A stretch of DNA of 59,435 bases, taken from a bacterium (GTDB lineage Bacteria > Patescibacteriota > Minisyncoccia > UBA6257 > HR35). Every line of letters starts with the position of its first letter. Positions within the stretch are counted from its first letter, which is position 1. The notes under the pieces are model-generated. The model ran no database searches and was not told the DNA's origin. It worked only from the letters and a program-made list of their open reading frames with translations. The stretch lies in NCBI GenBank assembly GCA_041640295.1, contig JBEQAR010000005.1:1-59435 (forward strand), read 5' to 3'. Shown here piece by piece: positions 10,453-21,089 of the stretch. A program made the position numbers and the translations under genes.

Positions 10453-10541
10453 CTCCTCTCCTCCTTCGGGCTGGTCTAGTGTGCAGTTTCTTGCCAGCCC
10501 TAAAAATTGTTTTCTAAAACAACTTTTAGCGCTGGTAAAAT

Positions 10542-10566
10542 AAAAAAAACCGGCCTTTTGCCGGTT
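10542..10566 (-). terminator. Attenuator terminator
   Basis: Minus strand AACCGGC-AAAAG-GCCGGTT followed by a T tract. Confidence 0.75.
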
Positions 10567-10605
10567 AGGTAAAGATTTTTTAAAATAATATAACACCTAA
10601 CCGGC
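10560..10605 (-). promoter_or_regulatory. Antiterminator hairpin, mutually exclusive with the terminator
   Basis: Perfect 11-bp inverted repeat gccggttaggt (10560-10570) / acctaaccggc (10595-10605); one arm overlaps the leader stop codon, the other the terminator stem. Confidence 0.7.
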
Positions 10606-10659
10606 AGGCGGTTTTGTTAATAAGATAATAAATAACTTTGTATAACCTTTATTTTTCAT
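10597..10659 (-). CDS. Putative leader peptide MKNKGYTKLFIILLTKPPAG* (20 aa)
   Basis: ATG 10659 to TAG 10597; TATAAT at 10672-10677; stop codon lies inside the antiterminator arm. Confidence 0.6.
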   Translation of the reverse strand: MKNKGYTKLFIILLTKPPAG

Positions 10660-10687
10660 TTATTGTTTTTTATTATATTAAAAAATT

Positions 10688-11581
10688 TTATTTATCAACC
10701 TTAAATTGTGGATAACTGATCTTGTAAAAAATTAATCCCAATAATGGCAAATAACTAATAATCAATCGATAAAAAACAATTGCTAAACCAAATAATGCAC
10801 TATCATAACCTAAATTATGAATTAAGATAATAACAACCAATTCGCTTGTACCGCTACCATAAAGGAAGGGGAAAAAGCTACTAATTAACATCCAGATGAA
10901 ATAAATAATTAATGCTTCAAAAAAATTAAATTGGAATGTAAATAATTTTAAAGAAAAGTAATAAGCTAAAAAACTAAAAAATTCATTTAAGAAAGAAGAG
11001 ATTGTTAATTTTGAAAAAACCACTTTATTAATTGAAATATTTAAAAATTTAAGTAAATTATTTTTAATTATAAAATAACCCAAAATAATTAATCCTAAAA
11101 CAGCTATGATAATAATTGGGTAAAGAATCAAAATCATTAAAAGAAAAAAGATAATAGAACCTAAAGTGATAAAATAGATGTAAATAGAATAAATTATGGT
11201 AGAAAATTTAAGATCATTGTTGATGTTTAAAATTGGTGAAATTGGTCCGAGAGGAGAAAATAATCTTTTGAAATGAATGAAAGAAAATAAAGATAAAGAT
11301 TGAAAATAAGTTAACTTGATTTTATTGAGTTGAAAAATTTCTTTCCAAAGAATAATGTGAGTGTTAATAACCAAGAAAACCGAGATTAAGGCTAAAATTA
11401 AAAAAGAAAAATTTTCATTGATAAAAATATCAAAAGTGTAGAAATAAAAAACAAAATTTTCTTTGAAATTTTCTAAATTTTTAATAACAATATATAAAAG
11501 TAAGGAGATGATAAACAAATTTTCTATTATCAAAAGTATTCTTAAGATATTTTTTTTAGTTAAAATATTTTTAAGTGCCAT
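10688..11581 (-). CDS. Polytopic membrane protein, lysylphosphatidylglycerol synthase TM/YbhN-like
   Basis: Multiple TM helices, GSGTSE and IVFYRLIISYLP motifs. Confidence 0.6.
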   Translation of the reverse strand: MALKNILTKKNILRILLIIENLFIISLLLYIVIKNLENFKENFVFYFYTFDIFINENFSFLILALISVFLVINTHIILWKEIFQLNKIKLTYFQSLSLFSFIHFKRLFSPLGPISPILNINNDLKFSTIIYSIYIYFITLGSIIFFLLMILILYPIIIIAVLGLIILGYFIIKNNLLKFLNISINKVVFSKLTISSFLNEFFSFLAYYFSLKLFTFQFNFFEALIIYFIWMLISSFFPFLYGSGTSELVVIILIHNLGYDSALFGLAIVFYRLIISYLPLLGLIFYKISYPQFKVDK

Positions 11582-11614
11582 AATTAAAAATTATATTACA
11601 TTTAGCCTACAATA

Positions 11615-13432
11615 ATGTTAGAGAAAATTAGAAATTTTGCTATTATTGCTCATATTGATCACGGTAAATCAACTTTAGCTGATCGATTTTTAGAGATTAC
11701 TCAAACAATTCCTTCGGAAAAATTATTACCACAGTATTTAGATAGACTATCCTTAGAAAGAGAGCGGGGTATTACAATAAAAATGCAACCAGTCAGGATG
11801 AACTACAAAGGATATGTTTTAAATTTAATTGATACACCTGGTCATAGTGATTTTTCTTACGAAGTTTCTCGTGCTTTAGCTTGCGTTGAAGGAGCTATTT
11901 TACTTATTGATGGTACTCAAGGAATTCAAGCACAAACTTTCTATAATCTAAAATTGGCACAAGAATTAGGTTTAGTAATTATTCCTGTTATCAACAAAAT
12001 TGATTTAAAAACTATTGAATTAGATAGTTTAGTTAAAGATATTACACAATTGGTTGGTTGTCGTGAAGAAGATATTTATTTAATTTCAGCTAAATTAGGA
12101 ACAGGGGTAGAAGAATTATTAGAAGCAATCATAGAAAAAATACCACCACCACAAAACAATAACATATTAATAAACGACAAAGAAAACTCCTCTCTTGCGT
12201 TGATTTTTGACTCACATTTTGATAATTATCGAGGTATTATTGCTCATATAAGAGTTTTTAGAGGGAAGATTATTAAAGATCAGATATACTACTTACTTTC
12301 TAATAATTTTAAATTTAAATCTTTAGAGGTTGGAGTATTTACTCCAGAAATGAAAAAAACCGATGTTTTATCTGCAGGCGAGATTGGTTATTTAGCAACA
12401 GGAGTAAAAGAATTATTTGATGAAAGGAATGAATTAATTAATGTTTTTAAAATTGGTGATACAATCTCTGACAATAATAACAGCCAACCAATCAAAGGAT
12501 ATCAAGAGCCAGTTCATATAGTTTTCGCCAATATTTATCCTTCAGAAGAGATAAGTTATGAAAAATTTAAAGATAATATTCTGAAATTAAAACTTAATGA
12601 TTGGGCAGTCAAAATTGAACCATCAACTTCGCCTATTTGGGGAAGGGGATATACTATTGGTTGTTTAGGGTTACTTCATTTAGACATTTTTCAAGAACGA
12701 TTAAAAAGAGAATTTAATGTTAATGTTATCATAACTTTACCTTCGGTAAAATATGAGATTGTTTTAAAAAATGGTAAAAAAATTAAAATTGAAAATATCA
12801 ATGATTTACCAGACTTTAGCAAAATTGAAGAAATTCGTGAACCATGGGCAGAGGTAGAAATTTTTACTTCGTTAAATTATATTGAATTGGTTTCTAATTT
12901 AATAAAAAATAAAAGAGGAATTATAAAAGAACAAAAAACTTTAACATCTTTTTTGATTATCAAAGCAGAAATTCCTATCGATGAGTTATTAACAGGATTT
13001 TACGATGATTTAAAATCTTTAACTTCGGGTTATGCAAGTCTTAATTGGAAATTTTTGGAGTATCGACAAGGAAATTTAGTTAAATTAGATATCTTAGTAG
13101 CAGAGGAAGTTCAACCAGCCTTAAGTCGATTAGTTGTAAAAGATAAGGCAGAAGAAATAGGTAGAAAAATAATTGTTGAACTAAAAAAAATGTTACCTCG
13201 AGAACAATTTCCTGTAAAACTTCAAGCAGCTATTGGTAAAAAAATAATTGCTCGTGAAACTATTCCTGCTCTTAAAAAAGATGTTGCCGGTTGGTTATAT
13301 GGTGGTGATATTACAAGGAAAATGAAATTATGGCAAAAACAAAAGAGAGGTAAGAAAAAATTAGAAAAATTGGGAAAGGGAAAAGTAAAAATTCCTAATG
13401 AAGTAATTATTAAAATATTAAGATTGAAATGA
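11615..13432 (+). CDS. lepA: Elongation factor 4
   Basis: IRNFAIIAHIDHGKSTLADR, DTPGHSDF, GLLHLDIFQERL, YGGDITRKMKL. Confidence 0.98.
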   Translation: MLEKIRNFAIIAHIDHGKSTLADRFLEITQTIPSEKLLPQYLDRLSLERERGITIKMQPVRMNYKGYVLNLIDTPGHSDFSYEVSRALACVEGAILLIDGTQGIQAQTFYNLKLAQELGLVIIPVINKIDLKTIELDSLVKDITQLVGCREEDIYLISAKLGTGVEELLEAIIEKIPPPQNNNILINDKENSSLALIFDSHFDNYRGIIAHIRVFRGKIIKDQIYYLLSNNFKFKSLEVGVFTPEMKKTDVLSAGEIGYLATGVKELFDERNELINVFKIGDTISDNNNSQPIKGYQEPVHIVFANIYPSEEISYEKFKDNILKLKLNDWAVKIEPSTSPIWGRGYTIGCLGLLHLDIFQERLKREFNVNVIITLPSVKYEIVLKNGKKIKIENINDLPDFSKIEEIREPWAEVEIFTSLNYIELVSNLIKNKRGIIKEQKTLTSFLIIKAEIPIDELLTGFYDDLKSLTSGYASLNWKFLEYRQGNLVKLDILVAEEVQPALSRLVVKDKAEEIGRKIIVELKKMLPREQFPVKLQAAIGKKIIARETIPALKKDVAGWLYGGDITRKMKLWQKQKRGKKKLEKLGKGKVKIPNEVIIKILRLK

Positions 13433-13436
13433 GATT

Positions 13437-14417
13437 ATGAATATTAAATTAATTTTTATAACTGGATTAACTGCCAGTGGTAAATCAGACTTAGCCATCT
13501 TTTTAGCTAAAAAAATAAACGGAGTAGTTATTAATGCCGATTCGCGACAAGTTTATAAATATTTAGATTGGGGGAGTGCGAAAATAGAAATTAATAAAAC
13601 AGAAAAAAAGATAATTAATGGTAAAAAATTTTTTGTTTCATATTCTCGTGATGGTAATATCCCTCATTATTTAATTTCTCAAGTTCATCCTAAAAATAAT
13701 TATTCGTTAGGTAAATGGTTAAAAGATGTTGATATTTTAGTCAAATATTTAACAGAGAGAAAAAAACAAATAATTCTTTGTGGAGGGACAATCTTATATC
13801 TTAAAGCTATCAAAGAAGGTTGGCAATTACCCAAAGTTAGTCCTGATTGGAAATTAAGAAAAGAATTAGAAAAAAAATCTACTCCAAAACTCTATAATTA
13901 TTTACTTAAATTAGATCCGCAAAGAGCAATGTTGATAGATAAAAATAATAAAATTAGATTAATTCGCGCAATTGAAATAGCCATTAAGCAGGGCAATGTT
14001 CCCCCTTTAATGAAAATACCCAAATATGAATTATTAGTTTTGGCTCCAGCTTTTAATTGGTCAGATATTGAAATTAAAATAAGAAAAAGATTAGCTAAAA
14101 GAGCGTTTAATATTATTAGAGAAATAATTAAATTAAGAACTTTAGGCTTGAGTTTTAAAAAAATAATTAGCTTTGGATTAGAATACCGTTGGTTTGGTTT
14201 ATTGGTAAAAAAATTAAAATTAAAAAAAATCAACAAAGATAAATTTAATAAAATAATTTCTTCAACTGATTATCAAGATATTTTTGAAAACTGTTATCGG
14301 GATATAAGACGATTTGCTCGTAAACAATGGCGCGAATTAAAAAAAATGAACGATATTCATTGGGTAGATAGTAAAAAAGATTGCTTAGATTTGGTGGATA
14401 AATTTTTAAACGATTAA
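13437..14417 (+). CDS. miaA: tRNA dimethylallyltransferase
   Basis: GLTASGKS, NADSRQVY, GGTILY, RLIRAIEI, FARKQ. Confidence 0.93.
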   Translation: MNIKLIFITGLTASGKSDLAIFLAKKINGVVINADSRQVYKYLDWGSAKIEINKTEKKIINGKKFFVSYSRDGNIPHYLISQVHPKNNYSLGKWLKDVDILVKYLTERKKQIILCGGTILYLKAIKEGWQLPKVSPDWKLRKELEKKSTPKLYNYLLKLDPQRAMLIDKNNKIRLIRAIEIAIKQGNVPPLMKIPKYELLVLAPAFNWSDIEIKIRKRLAKRAFNIIREIIKLRTLGLSFKKIISFGLEYRWFGLLVKKLKLKKINKDKFNKIISSTDYQDIFENCYRDIRRFARKQWRELKKMNDIHWVDSKKDCLDLVDKFLND

Positions 14418-14900
14418 AGTTAGTTGGAAAAAGAATAAGGCAATAACTAAGATAATAATTTGAATAATTAATACCCTTAATCGACTATCTTTTTCTGATA
14501 ATCTAAAATGAAAATTTTTATGGAAGTTAAAATAAATACTAAAAGGGAAAAATTTGCCCAATTTATTTTTAAAAAATATTCTTAATAAATCCGGGAATAA
14601 TGATCCTAAACTAAGATAGAAAATAATTAAGCTATTTATGTTGTGGATATCAACAAAATAATAATAAACAAAAATAGCACCAATTAAAAATTCTAAAAAG
14701 AGTATTATTTTCAATTTCAAAGGTAGTTGAAATATTGAAAAATCATTATATTTTGTGGATTTTATTAAGTTTAAATCTAAGTGTGGCAACCTATCGGCTA
14801 AATGATGAGAAATTATTCCTAAAATAAAAGCAGATAAATGAGATTGCGTTAGGTTAGAAAAAAGGGCATTAGCAAAAATTAAATGGCTTCCTGCTAACAT
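14406..14900 (-). CDS. Membrane protein with His/Asp motifs (possible metal-dependent hydrolase)
   Basis: SH...SHHLADRLPH, LFPD, FHKNFH; TM helices. Confidence 0.5.
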   Translation of the reverse strand: MLAGSHLIFANALFSNLTQSHLSAFILGIISHHLADRLPHLDLNLIKSTKYNDFSIFQLPLKLKIILFLEFLIGAIFVYYYFVDIHNINSLIIFYLSLGSLFPDLLRIFFKNKLGKFFPFSIYFNFHKNFHFRLSEKDSRLRVLIIQIIILVIALFFFQLTLIV

Positions 14901-15000
14901 TTTTATTATTAATTTTTAAAATTTAATTTATAATTAATATTTAAAATTAATTTTAACCCATTTTAAATTTTTTATTTTAAAATTAAATTTATCATTATGG

Positions 15001-15369
15001 ATGGAAAAGAAATTATATCAGAAAAGTTTAGAAATTTTAAGTGACTTTTTAGAATGTGATTTTGATTTGAGTAATTTTTCTTTTATTTCTCGGCAATTGA
15101 AAAAAATTATTCTTAGGCAAAAAATCAAAATATTAAAAACCGATTATCATCTATTTAAAAAAAATAATGGTGTAACTCTAATTTTTATTTTATCTAATTC
15201 TCATTTAGCCTTACATACTTGGCCAGAAAAGAGATTAGTTAATTTAGATTTGTTTATTTGTAATTTTACTCGGAATTACGAAAAACAGATTAATAATATT
15301 TATAGAGAAGTTAAAAATTTACTAAAGCCTAAAAAAACAATCTTGAAAAAAATAATCCGAATTACTTAA
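15001..15369 (+). CDS. speD: S-adenosylmethionine decarboxylase family proenzyme
   Basis: GVT...LSNSHLALHTWPE, DLFIC. Confidence 0.75.
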   Translation: MEKKLYQKSLEILSDFLECDFDLSNFSFISRQLKKIILRQKIKILKTDYHLFKKNNGVTLIFILSNSHLALHTWPEKRLVNLDLFICNFTRNYEKQINNIYREVKNLLKPKKTILKKIIRIT

Positions 15370-15579
15370 ATGAGTAATTTTATTATAATCCTTGGTTTAA
15401 TTTTATTAATTGTAGGTTTGCTATTAAAAATTTTTGAACTCAAAATTATCAAATTACCTATTTTGCCGGGTGATATTTTAATCAAAAAAGAAAATTTTAT
15501 TTTTTATTTTCCAATAACAACCAGTATAATAATAAGTATCTTAATATCTTTAATTTTATGGTTATTATTAAAAAAATAA
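15370..15579 (+). CDS. DUF2905-like small membrane protein
   Basis: LPGDILIKKENFIFYFPITTSII. Confidence 0.85.
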   Translation: MSNFIIILGLILLIVGLLLKIFELKIIKLPILPGDILIKKENFIFYFPITTSIIISILISLILWLLLKK

Positions 15580-15589
15580 TTTAGAATTT

Positions 15590-16465
15590 ATGATTAAAAA
15601 AAAGATTATAGATATAAAAAATATTATTTATACAAACAAAAAAAGAGCCTTACTTCATATCAATATTGCTACTTATGAACAATTTAAAGCTGGTGTGGAA
15701 GCGGTAAAAGAAAGTAAGATTCCTTTAATTATCGGTGTTTCAGAAGGAGAAAGAAGTTTTTTAGGTGTTAATTTTTTTGAAGACTTAATTGATGAAGCAA
15801 AAGAGAAGGGAATTAATATCTATTCAAACGCTGATCACACTAAAAACATTAATAAAGCTTATGAGGCAATAGATTATGATTTTGATTTTGTTTTGTATGA
15901 CGGAAGTGAATTAGATTTTGAAGAAAATATTTTGCGAACCAAAGAAGTGGTTGAATATCGAAATAAAAAAAATAAAAAAACTTTAATAGAGGGAGAATTG
16001 GGTTATTTAACTGGTCATTCAGATATAGAAAATATTATTGAATTAAGAGAAGAATTTTTTACTGATCCAGAATTAGCAAAATATTTTATTGATAAAACAC
16101 AAGTTGAATTATTAGCAATTTCGGTTGGTAATGTTCATGGTATTCCTAAAAAAATCAAATTTAAGGGTAGGGAATTAACTAAACCGAAAATAGATTTTAA
16201 AAGGATAAAAGAGATTAAAGATAAAGTTAAAATACCTCTTGTTTTGCATGGTGGATCTGGGTTAACAAAATTTGATTTTATTCAAGCTATTAAAAATGGC
16301 ATTTCAATTATTCATATTAATACTGAATTAAGAAAAATTTGGCGAAATGAATTAGAAAGGTCATTAAAAATCAAAACAGTTGTTCCATATAAAATTTTAG
16401 ATAAAATAGTTGAAAAGTTAAAAAGAAAAATTATTTATTATCAAAAATTATTTTGGCGCCCCTAA
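15590..16465 (+). CDS. fba: Class II fructose-bisphosphate aldolase
   Basis: NADH, YDGS, EGELG, SVGNVHG, VLHGGSG, HINTE. Confidence 0.92.
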   Translation: MIKKKIIDIKNIIYTNKKRALLHINIATYEQFKAGVEAVKESKIPLIIGVSEGERSFLGVNFFEDLIDEAKEKGINIYSNADHTKNINKAYEAIDYDFDFVLYDGSELDFEENILRTKEVVEYRNKKNKKTLIEGELGYLTGHSDIENIIELREEFFTDPELAKYFIDKTQVELLAISVGNVHGIPKKIKFKGRELTKPKIDFKRIKEIKDKVKIPLVLHGGSGLTKFDFIQAIKNGISIIHINTELRKIWRNELERSLKIKTVVPYKILDKIVEKLKRKIIYYQKLFWRP

Positions 16466-16548
16466 ATATTTGCTTTATAATTTAATAAAAATAAAGTCAT
16501 AAAGGTAAAAGTAATTAGGTCGATAAATTAAAAAATAAAACAAATACT

Positions 16549-17851
16549 ATGAAAACTAAACATTTCTTCTTAATAATAACATCATTTTTTTTATTTTTTC
16601 TATTATCTTTACCATTAATAACTTATTCTCAGCAAAATAATAAAACTATACCTAAAACTAAAAAATTTATACTATTCCTAAAGGAAGCAAAATAGATATA
16701 ACAATAGAGGGGCTTGGTAAATATGGAGTTGTAAATTTTTCACCAAATTTACAAAGGGTAGTTTTATTATTAAAAACAAAAGAAGGTAAATATTTCGTAG
16801 TCTTAGATGGTAAAGAAGGAAAGAAATATGACAATATTGATATTTTCTCTTTAAAATTCTCCTCAGATAGTAAACATTATGCTTATATAGCTGAAGAAAA
16901 AGGGAAATACTTAGTTGTTTTAAATAATAAAGAAAAAAATACGATATGGTTTATAATCTTTCTCTTCAATTTTCCTCCAATGGAGAACATTTTGTCTATA
17001 TAGCTAAAGAGAAAGGAAAAGAATTCATAGTTTTAGACGGAAAAGAAGGAAAAAAATATGATAGAGTTTATAATTTCAAATTCTCTCCAGATAGCAAGCG
17101 GTTTGCTTATGTAGCTCAAGAAAAAGGAAGATATTTTATGGTTTTAGATGGTAAAGAAGAAGAACATATTTATGTTGATAGTAATTTTGAATTCTCTTCA
17201 GATAGTAAACGCTTTGCTTATATAGCTTCCAAAGATATAGATGTAGAACTAGGAACACAAGAAAAATACTTTGTAGTTTTAGATGGAAAAGATTTGGGAA
17301 AATATCATGATTATATTTCTTTTCTTGCTTTTTCTCCCGATAGCAAGCATTTTGCTTATATAGCTGGAGAGAATTGTGAATTCATTGCAGGAGGTACCGA
17401 GTGTTTGCAAAATTATGTTGTTTTAGATGGAAAAGAGGGGAAAAAGTATGAAAGAATCTTTCCTTCTATCTTTACTTTCTCTCCTGACAGCAAACATTTG
17501 GTTTACAGAGCTGGAGAAGATTGTGAACTAGGTGGTTATTATAATGAAACTAATATGTGCTCAAGATATTTTGTAGTCTTAGATGGTAAAGAAGGAAATA
17601 AATATGATTATATTGAAAATTATTCTTTGATATTTTCTCCAGATAGTAAACATTTTGCTTATATAGGTGGAGAAAACTGTAAACAATTTCATGAATATAT
17701 TAAATGTTCAAAATATTTCATAGTCTTAAATGGCAAAGAGGGGAAAAAATATGATTATATTTATCCTCCTACCTTTTCCCTCGATAACAAATATTTTATC
17801 TATTTTGCCAAATTAAACAACGAAATCTGGCAAATTGTTGAAAAATTATAA
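16549..17851 (+). pseudogene. Secreted WD40/TolB-like beta-propeller repeat protein 1, two frameshifts
   Basis: Signal peptide MKTKHFFLII... from 16549; frame breaks at A6 (16660-16665) and A7 (16933-16939), each repaired by one extra A; repeats FSPDSKHFAYIA...FVVLDGKEGKKYD. Confidence 0.8.
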
Positions 17852-17881
17852 ATGAGACTATTGGAGGATAGTTATCTTGTA

Positions 17882-17911
17882 CAATATTATTCAATATTAT
17901 TCAATATTATT
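17882..17911. repeat. Tandem repeat (CAATATTATT)x3
   Basis: Three exact 10-bp units between propeller genes 1 and 2. Confidence 0.85.
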
Positions 17912-17986
17912 AATTTATAATAACACTAATCTTAATCAAAAATAATACTCGTTAAATTGTCGATAATTAAAATCAAATTAGGAAAT

Positions 17987-20152
17987 ATGAAAACAAAATA
18001 TTTCTTATTAGTAGCGCTATTGATCTTCTTTTATTTGGCGTCTTTTAATTTTACATTGTCTCAATCTCCTCAATCTCAGAAATATTCTGGTAAAATAGGT
18101 AATTATCAAATTATTATTGAACCATTCACATTAAAAGATGATAATAAAACAATAGAAGGAAGATATCAAAATCAAAAATTAGGAAAATGGTTTATATTAA
18201 AAGGTCAAATAGATTATACAAATAATAAAGTAATCATTGATGAATATGACGAAACTAACAATAATACCGGACAATTTGCAGGAAAATATCTAAAACAATT
18301 TAATGTTGTTAAGTTATTAGCAAGTAAAAAAATAGAGAGGAGGAAAGAAGCTATTATTTATAAAGACAAATTATTATTTACTATTTCTGATAAATATATA
18401 AAAGATAAAAAATATAATAGTGGTTATAAAAGAACAATTATAATTTCACCAAATTTGAAAAGATATGCCATTGTTTTTAGAAAGACAGGAGGAACAATGT
18501 GGGTGGTAGAAAAAAAATTCCATCCAAAAGAATTTGTAATTCTTGATGGTAAGGAAAGCAAAAAATATGATTATATTGATGAAGCATTCTTTACTTCAGA
18601 TAGTAAATATTTTGTGTATCTATCTTTTACTGAAGGGGGAGAGAAATATATTGTAGTTATTAATGGCCAAGAAAAATCATATGAAGAAATTAAATCTGAA
18701 GGTAAACCAGTTAATAATTTAATAATCCGTTCTTCAGATGGAAATAGCTTTGCTTATGTAGCTGGAGAAGGTTGTGGACAGAAAAATAAACTAAGTAGTG
18801 AACCCTACTCAGGAACATTGATAAAAAAATGTAATTATTATTTTGTAGTTGTAAATGGTAAAGAAAATAAAAAGTATGAATATATTGAGAATTTAACTTT
18901 TTCACCTGGAGGTAAGCATTTGGTTTATATAGCTCAAGAAGGTAGAAAAAAATTTGTAGTTATAGATGGTAAAGAGGGGAAAAGATATGATGATATTTGG
19001 GGATTAACTTTTTCACCTGACGGCTCAAGATTTGCTTATTTAACAATGGAAGGAGAAGATAGATCTGTGCTTAAAAAAAGGAAAATATTAGTAGTTATTG
19101 ACGGTAAAGAAAGTAAAAGATATGATAATGTTCTTAGCCCTCTTATTTTTTCACCTAATAGCAAACATTTTGCTTATATAGCTGTTGACTATAATCAAGA
19201 AAGTCAGCGAGAAGAATTTATAGTTCTTGATGGAGAGGAGGGTAATAGATATACTAGAATTATCAATATAATTGATCCAGGTTAATCAATGATTTTTTCA
19301 CCCGATAGTAAACATTTTGTATACACAGCTCAAAAAAATAATAAGACTTTATTAGTATTCGACGGAGAAGAAAAAGAATTACCAACTTATGTTAATTATA
19401 TTGGCAATTTAACATTTTCTCCTAATAGTCAACGATTTGCTTATTTGGCTTATGATGAAGAAGAAAATAAATTTTTTGTAGTTGTTGATGGTAAGGAAGG
19501 AAAAAGATATGATGGTGTTGAAAATAAAGACAAACAAACAATTTTGTTTTCGGAAGACAGTAACCATTTTGCTTATATAGCTTTTGAGAATGAAGATATG
19601 TTTGTTGTAGTTGATGAAAGAGAAGGAAAAAGATATAAGAGAATTGATTATTCCCTTGATCCATTTTTTTATAATAATAAGCTAGTTTACATTTACACAG
19701 AAAATGTTTATACTATAAATATTAATAAACCAAAGTCAATATTATCTTATCTTGTAATTGATGAACAAAAATACCCTAATATTATTAATAGTGAACTGAT
19801 TTTTTCTCCAGATAAAACACAATTTGCTTACAGATCTATAAAAGATATGAAGAATTTTAAGGAAATTATAATTTTAAATGGTAGGGAGATAGGCAAAGCT
19901 TATACTCATATAAGTGAATTAACATTTTCACCCAATAGTAAAAATTTAATTTATATAGGAGAAACTGATGATGAAGAATTTTTAGTTATTAATGGTGAAG
20001 AAATTGAGGGATATGACGAATTTATACCATACAGAAGTTGGAAAACTAATAAATTTTATGAATTTTTTACTTTTTCCTCTGACGGTAAGAAACTTACTTA
20101 TATTGTTCGCAAAGGTAATCAGATATGGCAAATCACTAGAGAACTAGAGTAA
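17987..20152 (+). pseudogene. Secreted beta-propeller repeat protein 2 (about 720 aa) split by an in-frame TAA
   Basis: ORFs 17957-19285 and 19289-20152 share a frame (IIDPG*SMIFSPDSK); TAA 19283-19285 interrupts a repeat unit; signal peptide from ATG 17987. Confidence 0.8.
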
Positions 20153-20404
20153 AAATTTTTCAATTATCAAAATTTATTTTCGGGAATTTAAAAAGAAAAA
20201 CTGTAAAATAAAAGTGATATGAAAACTTATTGATGTTGGATAGGTTGAAATATTCGTGCTATTCTTATAAGCATTTATCTATTTATATTATCCACAAAAC
20301 GCAATAGATAAAATATGTTTTAGGAGTATAATTATAGGAGAAAAATTAAGCCTTAAAAATACAATAGGGTCGATAAATTAATTAATCTTTTCACTGTTTT
20401 AAAA

Positions 20405-20965
20405 ATGTCTAAAGAAAATCCTTTTAGAAAAATGGGTATACCGTCAGAAGAGCAACAAAAAAAACAAAAAGAGTATATAGAAAAAATGAAACTTGAAGAA
20501 GAGAGGAGGAGAGAGGAAAGAGAATTAAGAGCAGAAGCAAAGAAATTGATTGAAGAAAGGCAAATAAAAACTGAACAAATTAGAGTAAGAACAAATGGAG
20601 AAAATGTTGTAATTATAGATATACCTTTTATATATGGCCCAAATGGTCGTGAACCAGAAGGTTATATAAAAGTGGCTCAACTTAATGATGTTAAAGAGGC
20701 TGTAAAAAAAGTTGCTCAAAGAACTGCAGATAGAATCACACAATGGGAGGATGCGAAAAATATGATAATTGATGAACTAAGGTCAAATAAAAAATTAATA
20801 ATTATTCATCCTTCTGAAATAATACATAATGTTGAAGAGGGTGAAGAAAAAGCGTACGAATTTTATAAACTTAAGGAAGAATGGTATAAAGCAAGATCTG
20901 AATATCTTAAGGAGGTATATAATCAAATGAAAAAATTAATTGACAGAATTAAGGGGGAAACTTAA
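20405..20965 (+). CDS. Hypothetical charged/coiled-coil protein
   Basis: 186-aa ORF with plausible composition; no family recognised. Confidence 0.65.
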   Translation: MSKENPFRKMGIPSEEQQKKQKEYIEKMKLEEERRREERELRAEAKKLIEERQIKTEQIRVRTNGENVVIIDIPFIYGPNGREPEGYIKVAQLNDVKEAVKKVAQRTADRITQWEDAKNMIIDELRSNKKLIIIHPSEIIHNVEEGEEKAYEFYKLKEEWYKARSEYLKEVYNQMKKLIDRIKGET

Positions 20966-21006
20966 ATAACTTTTTGCTGAGCTTTAAATTTTTAAGACCC
21001 ATAATA

Positions 21007-21036
21007 AAGTTCGCCAAATATATCTTTTGCGAACTT
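21007..21036. terminator. Hairpin between convergent genes, possible terminator
   Basis: aagttcgc...gcgaactt 8-bp inverted repeat with A/T-rich flanks. Confidence 0.45.
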
Positions 21037-21089
21037 AAAATATACGAGATCAAATTAGTGAATTTCTGATAAATTTATAGAGTTATTAA

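Noticed and set aside
10453-10596. N-terminal extension of ORF 10189-10596
   Set aside because: Runs through the terminator and hairpins; the strong SD marks ATG 10452
10189-10620. tmRNA, RNase P or SRP RNA in the GC-rich patch
   Set aside because: No tRNA-like ends, GAGGAAAGTCC or SRP loop signature recognised
19283-19285. Stop-codon reassignment (TAA readthrough or code 25)
   Set aside because: TAA and TGA both end conserved genes at expected positions (e.g. thrS, lepA) and Trp is encoded by TGG
20288-20296. DnaA boxes TTATCCACA (also 10707-10715 and 38760-38768) as oriC
   Set aside because: Isolated, two are inside genes, no dnaA or cluster; the intergenic one could be regulatory but this is unsupported
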